A DNA stretch of 64,000 nucleotides from Oikopleura dioica (taxonomy: Eukaryota; Animalia; Chordata). The stretch covers positions 12,586,001-12,650,000 of the forward strand of contig OU015567.1 in NCBI GenBank assembly GCA_907165135.1, read 5' to 3'. Position 1 is the first letter of the stretch. Every line of letters starts with the position of its first letter. The position numbers and the translations under genes are program-made. Positions 1 to 14,778 of the stretch are shown one piece after another. The notes below the pieces were generated by a model. The model did no database searches. It worked only from the letters and a program-made list of their open reading frames with translations, and was not told the DNA's origin.

Positions 1-195
1 AATTATTGACCGTTTCGAAATTGATAAATGACACTAATCGATCATTTCCGAAACAGAATTGATATGTTACGTTTAGGTGCTGTTTTGTGCACGTGTGCTA
101 CAAATGTTGTGGCCATAAATTTGATTTGAGAGATTTCAACATTCTGAAATCGAAGTCCCAGCTTGTGGAGTTTTAGTGCTGGATTTGAAATCGCA

Positions 196-699
196 TCAAG
201 TCGAAAGGTTTGATTCCACGGCGCGTTGATGATGTTCGACGATGTCCAGCAGCTTGCGCATGTCATTACGCAATCGAACCACGGGAAAACGGACGCACTC
301 TAGGAAAATCACAGTTTCCTAGAGAAACTCGACGGCACCGATTTTTCAATTCATAGAAGTCGATTTATTTTATTACTCTTTTATTCTCTTCAAGCTACTC
401 CAAGTTCTTCCCTCGTAAATGATCGTCATCGAATAATCTTGCTCTTCGATGATCTTCAAATTCAATAAATTATATAAATCGAAACCTCTTTGAAATGCAC
501 GTACAGCACGTACATAATACCTTAAAGAAAAACAAAGGCATTTTCTGTTACACAACAGCTTTCGTAGATAAATCACAAAAGCGAATCCTCCGAATGCCTC
601 AATTGACAAATGAACGTCATTTCTCGCGAAGTGGTTACCCCCGCCAAGCTGCCAGGCGTATTCTGAAAGGTTTTTTCTTTGTCGAAAGCAGACACCCAA
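196..699 (-). CDS. 3' exons of an unidentified multi-exon gene (upstream exons probably extend to about 1300)
   Basis: Protein-like segments in ORF 373..699 (YVRAVRAFQRGFDLYNLLNLKIIEEQDYSMTIIYEGRTW) and a final exon after a ttttcctag acceptor reading ECVRFPVVRLRNDMRKLLDIVEHHQRAVESNLST*. No family recognised. Confidence 0.35.
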
Positions 700-1564
700 A
701 GTGAAAAATCATCGGCTCGTTTTTCGCGGCAAAGCGCTCAGAATTGCCAGCTCTAGATCATTTTTGACGAAAGAATAATTACCAAGAAGGATTATTCTGA
801 TTACTCTTCTTTTCAATTCATCCCTTTATCTGTTAGGTTCAAAAAACTGACTCAATTTTGTCCCATTTATTTCGAGTAAAAGGCCGAGCAAAGATTTCAG
901 GTGAACTTCTTAACTCCCTCTAATCGCATGCATTAGAAAAAATTTTAAGGAAATCAACTTTTCCCTCTGGAACATGGATAATCTTCTGTAACACCTGCGG
1001 AAATGATTGACGCATCAATGTTGAGCGTCTTAACTCAACTTCTGATAACAAATTTTAAGATTTTCTTAACAAGAAATCTCTTCTCCATTTCTTTCAAAAG
1101 AAACTTGCTCAAGTCAATATATCCAAGGAACAAAGAAAAGGCTCTTGACTAGAGATGTGTCATTCTTTATTGCTCTTGGTATTAAATCTGCGAGGACAAA
1201 GGTCTGTGCCCTTTGGATCCAGAGAGGTATGCAAAGCGACACTCACTACGATTCTTTCTGGTGATGTTTTTTCATCAGAGAAATTCGTAGAAAAAGTTGT
1301 CAAAAACGAACTTTCATTTTAAGTAATAAGGTACTAGAATGGTGGATTCTGACAGTCTTGGTTCAATCTTTTTCTCGAAAATTGATTTCGTACTCGCTAA
1401 TTTTACGTTTCATTCACTTTCCAAAATGTCCAAATTAAGACATTTATATCAAATTAAGGGTGCCTTGTTGATAATTATTGGAACAACAAGCATCCCAAAA
1501 GTGGAAAAAACAATGTTTTCTCCCTTTTGAATAATCGAATATAAACAAATTCTGGAATAGGAAA

Positions 1565-3397
1565 ATGCAATACTTGAGTTTGAACCATTATGACATTCCG
1601 CTTTATGCTCAGATGCTTGAGCACGTTGTCGAGCTTAAAATATTGAGAGAAAAGCAGCTCGGCCTTGTAAGCTTATTGATACCAGAAATTCGCAAGAAAC
1701 ACAAGCGCCTCCGAATTAGTAAAGGTAATTTCAAAATTTGAAATAATGGAAGGTCAGAATCAGAATCAGGAGGTTATTTAAATTAGGGATCTGCACCGCA
1801 GTTGGACTAGCGGCCACTTCATTGCTCTTCACACCTGCTGCACCTGCCGCCGTCATCGCCCTTGGCTCCACTGCCGCTGCGGGTGGCGTCACTACTGCGG
1901 GTACTCTTTCTCTTCATTTTAATATCATAATGGACAGAAGAGCTAAAGCATTTCTTGTTGTAGTTTGCGATTATTTCAAAAGCAAGTCTCAGACAAAGGA
2001 GCTGCAGATGGTTCTTGAGCTCTCGAGGGAAGCCGAAAAGATTTATGTTCTTTGTAAGCGCGAGTTTACATCTCTTGGGTTATTCATCTTCTTCAAAATT
2101 TCGAAGTATTTGTAAACAATCAGATAATGATAATAACGAGTTTTTGGAGGAACCAGAAAGTTGTAACGACTTGTAGGCCCCGATTTTCTTTGAACTAAAC
2201 AAATTCTAGAGCAAGAACTTTCAAAAATTTTAGCAAGAAAATATCTAAAATTCGTGTGTTCTTGTTGATAGAATTTATAATAATATATATGAAATATGAT
2301 CTTTTTTAACCGAAAATTGATTTCGTAATTACAAAAGAGTTTATATAGTTAGTCCCCTGCCGAGCAAGGTTGATCCCTTTTTGAGATATAAACCCAGTTC
2401 CAGGAAGAAATAGAGCGCGACTGCGAAGAGATGATCCGGCTTGGGATCAGGCCCGCAGAAGCACGAGCAAAAGCACTCGGCCTCAGAAAATTAAAACCCT
2501 TTGTAAGGTGTGTTTTCAAAATGCAAAATTAAACAAGCACTTGTAAAATAGCTTACCTCTTGTTTAGTGGGTCGGTGTTTTTGACGAAAAATGCGATAAA
2601 GGACACATTGGTTGAAAAAGTAAAAAAAGAGGGATAAAACACTTGAAAACTGGTTTTGCTGGTTAACCCTTCGGCGAAATAAGGGTACATTAACGTGTTT
2701 ATCTATGCGAGTGACAGCTCAGTGCGGCGATGGGTTAACCTACTATCTTCGGTTGTCGGTTAACCTATTGAAGGTAGACTCATTTTCAAACCAGTCAAAG
2801 ACGGTGGAAATAATGGACAAACTCGGTAAATTCGCCATTCCCTCGATCAGGGACAGTTTTTTAATTCATTTATCCTCAAGGCTAAAATTGCAATACACAT
2901 ACCGGTAATTTGGCGATATGCAAATTCCGCTGCCGTTTCCGGATTAAATTTCAGTTGTATTTTTCCACGTGAAAATCGCCGCCGTTTATCTCCCAAGTGC
3001 GGAAAACAGAAACTGTAGAAACCAGGCTAGAAAACTGTCTTCAAGTGCAGGGGCGAAAGTTGGACTACAACTCACTGGAAAAGTACTTGGCGCAGCTGCC
3101 AGTGCGATTGATGTGGTTGACTTGACTTTCACGAATTGGAGTTTGAACAAAAGCTTGATTTCATTTTCTTTTACACACATCGAGCGATCGACCAATCAGC
3201 TTCGCTGATCTTGATTGAGCTATTTGTTATAGCTAGAAGTCTCAGTAGAAAATATATCGATACTGGTAGATTTTGAACTTTTCAAAGCCGATTAGTTTAA
3301 AACTCCAAATCAGCTTTTACGGGAAGATCCAAACATCGACACAGCCTTAAAAATCATCGACCTACTTATTCTTCAAATAGAAGAACTCGAACGGTAA
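1565..3397 (+). CDS. Apolipoprotein L-like protein (multi-exon; start uncertain, may begin at 1339)
   Basis: Spliced reading LKILREKQLGL..IRKKHKRLRISKGICTAVGLAATSLLFTPAAPAAVIALGSTAAAGGVTTAGTLSLHFNIIMDRRAK resembles the ApoL hydrophobic hairpin. The later exon SAGAKVGLQLTGKVLGAAASAIDVVDLTF and the last exon ..IDLLILQIEELER* resemble the ApoL C-terminal region. Motif recall only. Confidence 0.5.
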
Positions 3398-4829
3398 GCA
3401 AAAAATGATCGAGTTTATTTCACCAAAAATATCCAAAAACTCAAGTTATCACTAATCTCGCCTAATTCCCGTAAAAGTATACTCTACCAAATCAAACAAT
3501 CGCTTCTTTTATCCCTAAATGAGCAACTTTTGAATTCAGAGGCAGCTATGATTTAGTTCTTTTAATTGTTGCAAGTCATTCAAAGAATGAGGTATTTTGA
3601 ATAGCTAAAGAATAGCGGATTCTTTCAGAGAGCGAGCTTGGCTACAATCCCTTCATGACGAAATTCAGTTAGAAATTCAAAAACTCAAGGTGCAAGGCTT
3701 TGACAGTCGATTAATTATAGGATGTCTTTTTCGCCAATAAGAAGCCACCTCGCTTTTTATTGGTGAAAATTTCAACCAACCAAAAAGAGCTGAAAATAGC
3801 GCCCTCTCAATTATTAAAGCCTTTGAAAAGATTGAATACTTCTCCCTGGAAAGCGAAGAATCGGAAATAGGAGATAATGAATGATTGATACATTCTGGCT
3901 TTCGGCTCACTATGCCTCAACTAAGCCGATTGGCGACTTTTGCGGCGGCGCTTCCGGTTTTTAAAGAAAACAGCAGCGCGGATTTTCGGATTCCCATCTT
4001 CTCTCAAGGATCTTCCATATTCTCCTTTCAATAAAAATATCTATCACGCCATTAAATGATATCATAAGTCTCCCAAGTCTTCTTTCTTCCGCGATTATAT
4101 CACCTGGATCAAAACAATATTAATTTTAATCGAATTCATTCGAAGAAGTTCAAATTTGATTTGATGCTATTAAAATTTGATAATAAATGCTCGTTTTACA
4201 GCTATCAAATAATGTTTTTCTTTAGAAGAAAAACAAGAATAGCGGAACAAGGTTAATTTGAATATGCCCATCTTAGCTAATAATATTAGCTGTTATATTA
4301 TAATCAGATTCATCTTGGAAACGCCCTTAATCTTTTAATTCTCGTATTGTATATTTTTAGGAGTCACATGACCTCTATTTCTTGCTTTTGAAGAGTAAAT
4401 CTTGACCCGTCAAGAAATCCCGCTTTGTATCCACCTTTTCTTTTGCCAAAGATAAGTCGTGTTATCTTTTCATTTGAAAACAGTTCGTTACGGTGCCCCC
4501 GTGATGCACATTTACTACGGTAGTATCATATGATCAGAATGATTCACGAGCACGGGGCACCAAAAAATTGGCGATGCACCGCCAGCGCCGCCGAAATTCA
4601 GCGCTTACGCTGAGTCCGATCCGCGATCGAGCTCGCGAGCGCCCTCGGAGTAAACTGATTCTCGTCTCAGCCCTTTTTGCTGAGTTCGAAAACCTAGCGC
4701 CTTATTTTATTATAGTAAAGATAGATAAAAACAAAAATTTTGTTGTTTGTCCTTTTTTGAACGCGAAGCAAGTTGAAATTTTTTGAAGAATCGAAAATTG
4801 AAAAAGAGAGAATTTCTGAACACACAAAA

Positions 4830-7800
4830 ATGACTGTAGAGAGTAGCGAAAAAAGAGACGAAGAAAAATCGCAGCCTCCTGAAATAGACAAGGTAAACAT
4901 CTTTCAAGCTTTTATATAAAGTTTTATTAGCAAGGTTTTTTTCTATAAAAAATGAAATCGAAGGAGTGAGAATTTGATAATTAAAAATTCGCGCCAGGAG
5001 CTTAGAAAAAGTATGAAATTATCGGGTCACGCGGATCTTTTTATTAAAATTCAAATACCGATAGTTCGTAAGACGCCTTGGAATTTGAATCTTTCACTTT
5101 TTTTATTTAAATTTTCGATTTGACACTTTTTTCATTTTAAAATCATGGAAAGCTGATTATTTCTTATTCAACATTTTCTTTCTTTTACTAATTTAAAAAA
5201 TGACGATGCAGCTGTGGCGAAAATAAGGGGATAAGGAGTCGGAATCCCGTGCTGTTATTTTGTGTTGCGATGTTGCTGCTTAATTGTTTCTTTTCGCTCT
5301 TCTATAATAAACATCGTTCCAAAAGACGGTCATGGAAATAAATAACATTGTGACGCACCTAATTTTCAGCTAAATTACACATTTCTGAATATTCTTAAAA
5401 TGTGCACTCTTCAATTTTCGATTGTAAATAAGATAAGCTTCAGAGCTAGTTGATTTTACTGTATATTACAGTAATATTGATGGAACAAAACTGTAACTTT
5501 CCAAGTCATCTATTAGGCAAATTTGGCATTCTTGCTCACCCCCTTTGGCTCATTAAAATGCTCTGCTTCTTCGTTTCTAAATGCTTCTTTTTCCGTAAAA
5601 ATGAATATTCTACTTTTCACCCTGACGTCATCCATGACCCCGGTTGGTAATTTAGGCGCGATAACCTCAACGGACGTGCCCAAATCCCCCTTCTTTCTTT
5701 CTTTGCTTGCGCCGGATTTCGATAACGTGCTCCAACACCAACACAATGTATGAAAATGGGCCTTATGCCAAAATCGTAAAAAAGCCAGATAGATAAGCGT
5801 TATCACTGTACTGGCTCAACAACGGTTCGCCAGTCCGCTGATTTGCGTTAACTTAATTACGAGCCGATTTGAATTACGCGTTTCTGGAGTGCAGACTTAT
5901 TTTATCATCTACTTGCAAAAAGCTCCCAGTTTCAAAAGAAACTACCATATTTAAAAAAAAAAGTATTTCCAAAAAACTAAAAAAATAAAGTCTACCAATC
6001 TCTTGTCGATCTCAAAAGCCGCAAGCGGCTTTTCAAAATATCCCCAGAGATGGCGCTGTTCACAGAAAATCTCTCACTTCTGATTGGTTGCATTTTAATT
6101 TCTGTTCAAGATGGCGCTGTTGTAGTGTTTTCTATTTTCTCATTGGATGACCCTTTCCATTTTCCTTGCTCTGATTTACTGAAATCTCTTCTACGTTTGC
6201 CTTAAATTCGCACCTTCCCGAGATAGAAGCAGATAAATACGTCGACCTCTGCCGCCTAGGGAAAAAATGCCGCGGCTCTTTCCTATCTGTGGCTTGCTCC
6301 TGTCCCGAAATCGTCAATTTTGACTCTACATTTAAGTCTTTCTGGTGTTCCTTCTTGCACTCCACGTACTCGAGTCTAGTGTTAATGCATATTTTCTTTT
6401 CGGTTCCGTTTGTACACTTCGCAAATGCATAATTATAATAATATCTTTTTTGCTTGCCGGTGGTGGAATTTTTAAATTGGCGCTTTGAAAATGGCGCTTC
6501 AAAGAAACTAGTAACCTGCTTTTTTCAGCTGTTATTTTCGCAGCGCCGCAAACAACAAGTCGAAAACCGGTCAAGAAGAAACCTCATAGTTTTATGATTA
6601 CGTTACTATAAAAATAAAAAAGGCTGAAGCTCTAAACTTGCGCGTTTTTGAACGTTTGGCGATTTCGGGATTTAGCCCGTCGGTTCAAGGATCGCGCCAC
6701 TCTGGATCAAGATGCGGCCACTTTGAAGCATTTGCATTCGAAGCTGCTTATTATAAAATATTTGAGTGAAATGTATATTCTTTACGTCAAAATACAACTT
6801 CACTTTAGAGGCTCAGCTTCAGCTTTATGTAGAGACACATCGCTAAACGTAAATCAAATTTCGCCGGCAGAGTTTGAAGCAAACCTCGGTCTTGATTTTT
6901 AAAAATAATAGTTTGGAAATTTCAAGAATCAGCTCATTTTTGAACTTCTTTGAATTCAATTATGAATTAAAAAGACACGATTCAAAGCTCAATTTCAACC
7001 TTTCTTTTTATAAACTTTTCCTTTGCCAAGTAAAATATTAATGTCCGACACATTATTTACTTCGTTCTTTCAGCCCGTAATAATCGTTTACGCTCGATCT
7101 TTAAAATATTTATGCCTGTCATATTTTTTCTACTGGACTTCTCGTCATATTCTTTTTCACACCATTTGTCGAAAACACGTTCCAAGGAAAATGTTCCGAA
7201 AAAATGCTTATTTATAGTTTTGGCTTGAACAAATCGTTTTTTTCTACTGTAAAAGCATGTTATTATTCGATTTTCTATTTATTTCTTGCTTTTTTTTTCT
7301 TGATTTCATGGAACTTTTACAACATTAATTTTCGTATTGAGCTAAGTTAAGCGATCTACGAGGTGGTTGTTACGGATGAAAAGCCCAAATTTACGGATCT
7401 CAATAATCGATCTCGCTACGATTATTCCGTTCCGATTTCGTCTGAACCCTCAATTTTGAAAATGTTGGAAAAGTTTCAAATTGAACTTTTCTTTTCTGAA
7501 AAAATGCTGAAATGCAGCTGCAGGGATAACATATTCAATCGCTGGCGGATCGGGTTCAGAAACGCGAGCCCGCAAGATACCGAACGTAAATATATGTAAC
7601 TCAGGAATCGAATGTGACAAGAAAAAAGCTGAAAAAATAAACAGTTTTATAAGACTCTTTGAAGTCAAGATTTATTGTTTTATAGAACTTTATCAATAGA
7701 TTTTTCTTCAAAAAAGGAATTCTAAAGAGACTTATTTATATTCAAAAGAAAACTGTTAAAGTAACTTTAACAAGGTTTATCTGTTAAAAGAAAGATAATG

Positions 7801-10800
7801 ATGGGGGGATCGAGCGGTCGCCGGGAATTAGCGGATGACACCCGATACGCTAAATGCATCAATGAACTACCAAGTCTAGTCGACATTACCTCATTTTTGG
7901 TGCTCTGAGTTTGAGCTTGCCGAAGCGCTTTTAACTCTATTCTTGGCCAATAAGAACGCTTTATGTTTTATTGAAACTAACCAAAAGTGCAATTCAACCA
8001 AATTTAAGCATTCAATTTTGTCGTTGTTCCTGAGCGCTAGAAATCGTAACGTGTGTATTCTCCTGACCCTTGGTCGTCCTGTACGTCGTTGGCGCTCGGT
8101 CTAAAAGGCTTGTCATTGTGGGCTCGAGCTGCTCCGCTCCGGGTTATTAGAGATTTCTGCGTCTCTCCTCCGCCAATGCTGAGTTGGTCACGGGCGATTT
8201 CGCGAATTTCACGGGTCCGCCCGCCCTTCACCGACCGCCGATGCAAATTTCCGAATCCGGCCCAATCTCAAAAGAAAAGCGCTAGAAAATTCTAGCGCTG
8301 CTCCTTTTCTTTCCTTCACCAGCTCAGAAAAGAAAGATGGTGACCGAATTGATCATCGAGCCGATTTTAGAATTCTTAAAAAGTTCAAAATTTTCAATCA
8401 AGGAAGTTGAATTTAGACCGAAATTTCCGGAACCAATTTAGCTCAAATTTCTATTGAACGGATCATCATTCATGATTTCTAAAAGTTTCAGTGAAAGTTC
8501 CTTTCTTCCGATCGAAAATTATAGACTTTTGTTTTCAAAATCAGCCGTTTATATTTGTTTAAAATTGAAAGGTTCCATGATAATGAAATTGTCCCCAATA
8601 GTGAGGCGCGTTGTTTACTCCTCTGAGGATGATACGGCAATTTGGCCAAGCTAAATATTGGATAATAAACCTATTCCACTATTTTTCATTCAAATTGAGC
8701 GGCTCGTCATTTGTTGAGAAAGATTGCGGAAGTGGACCCTTCCAGCGCCAAAATAATATTCATCTTCGAGTTCTATACAATTGCGGTTGCGATCGGTTTT
8801 GGTACAGTCAGCCGAAATAGCAGCAAGGATCTCTAATCGAAAAGTCAGCGGATTGCAAAAGGTCGCCCCAGCCTTCGAGACTTCTACAGGAACTGAGCCA
8901 ATTTCGAGGCAATTTGCACTCGACTTTCAGCCAAAAATCCACATCCAATAATACCGCTAAACTTTTCGTTTCCTCGGCGGTTGGGACGACTTGAGCCGTG
9001 ACTTGCAATTGTAGACAGTTATCTTTTCTCACACTCTTTTTGAATTTCATTTGAACGATTATTTATTTGCGTTTTAGTAACGTTAATTTACGGCATAGGA
9101 GATAATTTGCCCTTTGAAAACCATTTGTAATTGTAGTCATATCACTAGCTATAAAACCATATTTTCTCAAAGGATAAACTGTCATGGAGGGTTTAGTTAA
9201 AACTGACAATTACCTGAGAATACGTTACGTTGTCCAATAAATCATCTTTCGAGTCCCGCAATACTTAGTGCTTTTTGGTCCTCTGCCAGCACTTCCGGTT
9301 GCAACTACGAAGTCCTTTCGCCGAAAAAAAAGACTTTCGCGGTTGGGCGCCGACCAACGTGCTGCAGTTGCCATTTTCGCAACCATTGCCAGGGCATTTA
9401 ACCGGGACATTTAACACAAAAGTCAAATCAAGGTTGGACGTTTTTTTCCGCCTGCTCCCACAACTTGCGTCAAATAAGAGCATTATGCATAGGAAAAAAC
9501 GAGTCTTGAAAAATAATAATCTGGTCAAAATTCTTCCTTTTTGAGTGAAAAATTTTGACCAATAAGAAATCTCAACATCTTTTTTCATCCAATAAAAATT
9601 AAAAATAAAACTTGAAACAACAATAAAAAAAAACTGGTGAGCTGATGCTCAGGAATGCTAAAAATGCATACGAAGGCTTGAAAATTCTAGCGGTTTTCCT
9701 TCCTAGAACAAAAAGATCGTGCTTTGACTAAGCTATACAGAATACGGTGTAATCCTGTACCGTTCTTTCAAACTTGAATTTCAAATTTTTCGTTCTTAAA
9801 AAAAGAGAATTCTGAATAACGAAAGAGTGATGTAAACTTTTGTAACATTTTAAATAGATTCAAGAGTGATCATATCGTGTTAATAACCCTAAATTTACCT
9901 GCTCCCTAAAATAATAAGAAAAGTAAAAACGCTGTTTCTTTAAGATCTCGATCAGTTCCCCGGCTATTTGCCCAATTATCTGTTTTATCGCTTATAGATG
10001 GGTTCTCAGCTCTGTGATCATTTTTAATTGCGGAAAACATGGATCAAACGTTTGAACATATAATATAAATGGAGTCCGTACATGTTTAAGAACATGTCGT
10101 TTTTTCCTTGATTAGAACATTCGTCAAGTGAATTATTTACAAAGGGATATCTTAAATTGTCATTCCAGCTATTTCAATGAAAAAATGCCTTTGAGAAAAA
10201 ATTAATGGTTAATTTTTTTCGGAGAAAACCGGAAATCGTCGATCCGGCCAAATAATATGAAAAAAAAACCTCTTCGCAACTTTTGCATTTTTTCGGACAA
10301 ACACACGATCAAAAAGAAATTTCCACGCTAGCTCTCTGTCAATTTCGTGGTGGCGTCACTCACCGGAGATTTTTTTCTTGAGCAGCTTAAATGATACAAT
10401 ATCCTGGAAAAAACGGCCGCCGCGTTATCGATAAAGTTTGTTCAATTTTTAATTTGTTTTTGGGAAATTTTATTTCCTATCAGCAGAAGCTGATACTCCG
10501 CCGCAGAAGGTGAAAAGTTGCGAAAGAGAATATGATGTAAGAATTATTGGCTAGCGGCTAGAATCGACAAAAACGGTTTCGACATTCTTTTTGTTAAATT
10601 CTATTGGCCTAGCAGTCGAATGCGCGAATCTGATAGGCCAAAAATTTTACCAAATTTTGGTCGAAATTGTCGAGTTTTTTGACGATTCGAGCCACTTCCA
10701 AAATCCGTTTTTCCTGCTTCTCAAAATGAGAATGGAAAGCTTGTAAATCATGAAGCAATATTTCAATTCAGAGCCTTAAAATATAAGAATGAGAAATTAA

Positions 10801-12569
10801 TGAGCTACTCTAAAACGTGTTCACGTGAAAATCAAAAATCTCTAATGGCCCATTTTATGACTTCATTAAGCAGAACTCGATCGTGGATAATTCTTTCATC
10901 AGACCGTATTAATTTCATCTCTTTCTCTCTCTCTCACCTCCAGATACACTTAACGATTGTCAACTGACAAGAGAAGAAATTTATCAACCGTCTTTTTCAG
11001 AATAAAAACAGCGCGAAATTCGATGCAAAGTCCAAGTTCTTCCGGCGATTCCGTTTGACCCGCTCGAAAAGCCGCCAAGCAGCCGATCAAAATCGGGATC
11101 AGGATCATCCCCGGATCAGGAGATCCAATTCACTCACCCAGCTACCGGAGCCGAAATATTCTGTCCAGGTTCGTACTTCTCCAATTTGATCAGGAGACGT
11201 AGGGGGCGGCTTTTTGGGTTCTTTGAATTAGGCAAGGGTACTTGTCTTCAATCAAGTTTTATATAGCATTGACGCTCAAATATTCTATTCTGTATTCTTT
11301 TTATGTAAAACAACCATGTTTATATGGAACTCTATTTTTCAGAAAGTATCCAATAAAAAACTTATATAACAGACTAGCAAGTGTCAAGTCCAGGAAAATT
11401 TATGTCTTCAAAAATAGCTTTTAAATCTTCATCAATGTCCGGTCGCCCTTGGAGGTTTCGCAAGAAAGTGCTAATTTTATTTCTTTCATTCTCCGGGACT
11501 GGCAATTTAGGCTCTTTAGGCCTCAATTTAAGAGAATATTTTTAGAACACGTATTTTAAGGTATTTTTAAAAATACAGAAGAAGAGCTTTTAGTTCATTC
11601 TAATCTAAATATAAACGAACATGAGATAATTTGCTTTAAAACATAAAGGAATAGAATTAAAAAGAACATAAAGGATAATTAAAATGCGTCAAATTTATAT
11701 AAGGATAATTGAGGGAATTAAAAAGTTTCATAAGTTTGTCATAAGAGCTATTTATGTTTATGACTTCTTATGAAACTTATAATTTAATTGAATTAGATCT
11801 TAATTTGACGCTTTTTCTGAAAAGTTTTCTTTATTTTAGGCAATTTATTTTATATAAGTCCTCATTTGAAACTAAAGTTTTACAGAAGTTAATTTAAAAT
11901 TGAAGGACTGGCTGATAAAACGAAGAGCAGTAGCCGACGAAGAATTATACGTTGGAAACACGCTGATGAAGCAAAAGCAACGATTGTGGGTGAAGACGGG
12001 CGGTGAAAATCGCGGAAGCGAGAAGAGCTGCTCCCTCCCCGCCGGAAATCGATTGCCCGAATCCAGCGACATAGAACAGGTTCAGAGAAATTAACAAGCC
12101 ACGACGCCCTTTTTAGAAGACTGTTTCTCTTTTCTATTAGACCAGATCGCATCATTTGACTAGGCCTCTTCGATATTTCAATAAATAGAGGGATTCTTCT
12201 AGGATGTAGCCATTTGAACGAATCTAAAGACAAATGGCTTCTTAGTTTATTTTAAAAGATAACTACTTCTTACGTATGAGTAGAATTTGAGCTAACTCAG
12301 ATGAAATAATTGATTGACTAAGTATGTTGTATAAGAATAAATAACAACTTCTTTTGTGAAAAGGACTTAAAAATAGCAAAACCGGTATTTTGAGGTTCCA
12401 ATTAGCCCGCTTCGCTTGATTTGCAAAGGCTAAGGTTTAGCTGACCGTTAAGCCTTGCTGATGTTTAAATAAAAAAAGGAGAGAAGGAATCACTTCCGGC
12501 TGACATATGTTTTTAGATTTTATGCAGAGCGGCGCGAATTCGAAGAAGAAGGGACCGAAGCAGGAGTAA
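4830..12569 (+). CDS. Scattered putative exons of one or more unidentified genes
   Basis: Open, splice-flanked segments at 4830-4894 (MTVESSEKRDEEKSQPPEIDK|gt), about 7363-7590, 11001-11168 (NKNSAKFDAKSKFFRRFRLTRSKSR..), 11886-12080 (KLKDWLIKRRAVADEELYVG..) and 12528-12569 (SGANSKKKGPKQE*). Joining them into one gene is not established. Confidence 0.3.
6048..6498. promoter_or_regulatory. Cluster of YY1-like (A/G)AGATGGCG / AAAATGGCG motifs
   Basis: AGATGGCGCTGTT occurs at 6048 and 6109, AAAATGGCGC near 6489, and an ATTGG (reverse CCAAT) lies between the first two. Confidence 0.3.
10556..10693. repeat. Imperfect ~138-bp hairpin, possibly a degenerate MITE
   Basis: GGCTAGAATCGACAAAAA at the left end pairs with TTTTTGACGATTCGAGCC at the right end (16/18), with inner arms TTGGCCTA/TAGGCCAA. 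No TSD seen. Confidence 0.5.
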
Positions 12570-14778
12570 TGACCCTCTCAAGAAGAGCGAGGGCCTCCAA
12601 TCATCGACTAATCAGGAAATTGTCTTCATTTGGCGAATATGCACAAGGGCCGTTACACAAGTAGCCAAATTCTCTTGAGTCTGAGTACTTTGTTAATCTT
12701 AGATCTAACTTTGTTGGAAGCAATTTTTCTTTCCGGGCGGGGGTTCTGTTTTTATATGAGATCATTTATTCGAGATCTTTTCTCGTATTGGTCAGTTGAG
12801 AGCTGTTTTCTATGAAGATTTTCTTATGTATCATGTCATCTTTAGAAGCATCTGAACAATAGTGTTAGTAGGTTGCGGTAGTTTCTAAAATATAATTCTT
12901 GAAAGGTGACAAGAGCACGTCATGTGACGGGTGACAAGTTCAATTGTAGCGTTATTAAATTTCACAGGCGGAGAGGTATTTTCTCTCCTTCCTTCAAATT
13001 TGCCGTGTAAATCGCAAAAAATCGTATTAACGTGATGACTGGGTTATGGTTTATCAGTCTTTGAGCAGCTTTTTAGCAATTTTACGGCGCTAGAATTTCT
13101 CGAGAAGATAAACGCCCTGTAATAGCCCAAACAAGATGTTCGTATTTTCAAAAGCTCGCTTACTCGCGATAAGATGCGAAAAAAAGGAGGAATCCTTAAA
13201 ACTGACGCTAAGTTTACTTGATTGGGTCGATTTTCGTAAACAAAAAAGTATTATGCTTTGCGAGGGTTGGCGATTTTGAGATCCACCGCACGTTGCGGCT
13301 TCAATGGTGGCGATTTTGCAAATATTTGAAAGTTTTTTTCACGCGAAACGGGTCGCCCCGTCTGGAGCCAGCCAGGCGGATTTGAAGATTCAGCCCTGCC
13401 CAGATTTAAAGAAAAGAAAAGGGATTAGAGCGAATTAAAACGACATCTTGAATATTTTTTTTCTAAAATGATTAATCAAGGTTGAAATTCAAACTTTGCC
13501 ATTTCCAAAATTTTTTTTCTCCAAACCGGCGACTATCCCCTTAAAGAAAACGGACTGTCAGACAGAGACTGTGCACCGTAAATCCAGGTGAAATAAGGTT
13601 ACCGGCCCTCCTCGTAGCGGGACATTCCCGAAGTGCTGCTGGCTCTTAAACTAACCCCAAGAAGTTCTAAAGTTTCCTCAGCGGAAATCTGATCATTTTT
13701 GGGAAGCAGGGCAGCCTGTCACTTGGAAGGGGCTGAAAAGGGGATGAGCGAGACGCGAGCTGGCAGGAACCTTGCCAAATTATGATCTCATAATTAACCC
13801 TGCTGCGGAATATAAAGTCCGAGCTGAATTTATTCAACGCCGCCACATGATTACGTCATAACATTTATGATTTGGACTGATCGTTCAATCATTTTGTCAT
13901 TTATCGGAACCCAGAATTTCAATTGAAAGTTCAATCGAAATCAACTTATTTTTTATTTCTCAAGACGGAAGCTGCTCAAACTTTTTCCGGTTTATAAACT
14001 TAGACGCAAGTCCTGGCCCTGCGTCCTCTCGCCAGTGTGTAATCACGTGACCAAAAATGAATACGGTTTTAAAGATTACGGCCGACACCGAATCCGAAAA
14101 TTACGGCTCTAGCAACACTCTTCACTCAAGGTAAACGCGAGTTTCATTTCTTTGCATCTTCAAGTCCTGAGAAATAACAAACTTAGATACACTTCTAAAG
14201 CAGCTTTTTTATAAAAAACATATTTTTAAAAAATAATTCTTAAAAGTAAAATATTGGCTTTTTCAGATAGCTACTTTTTGACATTTCTTTTGAAAGTTTT
14301 ATCTTCTATCAAAAATTTTTTGTCTTTCAAAAATGATTCCCTGCAAAAATAGCAGGGCCGGCGTGGATTCATTTTTTGGACGTGCACGGTGCATGATATG
14401 CAGTACAGCACCACTGTCAGTGGTAAACTATCAAAAAAAACATTCCCAGGTCGGCTGCTTGCTCGCGCATTTTGTTTAGAAATGCTTCCGATTTGTATTA
14501 GTTTTATTTTTCAGAACCAGTACATATGATTTTTTTTAATTGCCGGATTTAGTATTTTAACGTAAATTCAATTTAACGCAAAAATCGAGCCTAGAAATAA
14601 ATCTATAGGCCTAAGATATGAGCAGGTTGACGCAAAACTATTCACATAGAATCTTAGAAAACCATCAGTGGTATTTATAAAAAGATCCAATAAAACAATC
14701 ATTTATACGTCTTTCCTTACGTAACATTTTAGCACGCAAATCTCCGAAGACTCCTTCATTCTTTCTAAAAAATGGCGA

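Noticed and set aside
8700-9590. Cys-containing minus-strand ORFs as a secreted growth-factor-like gene
   Set aside because: I could not build a consistent spliced model or recognise a family. It needs transcript evidence.
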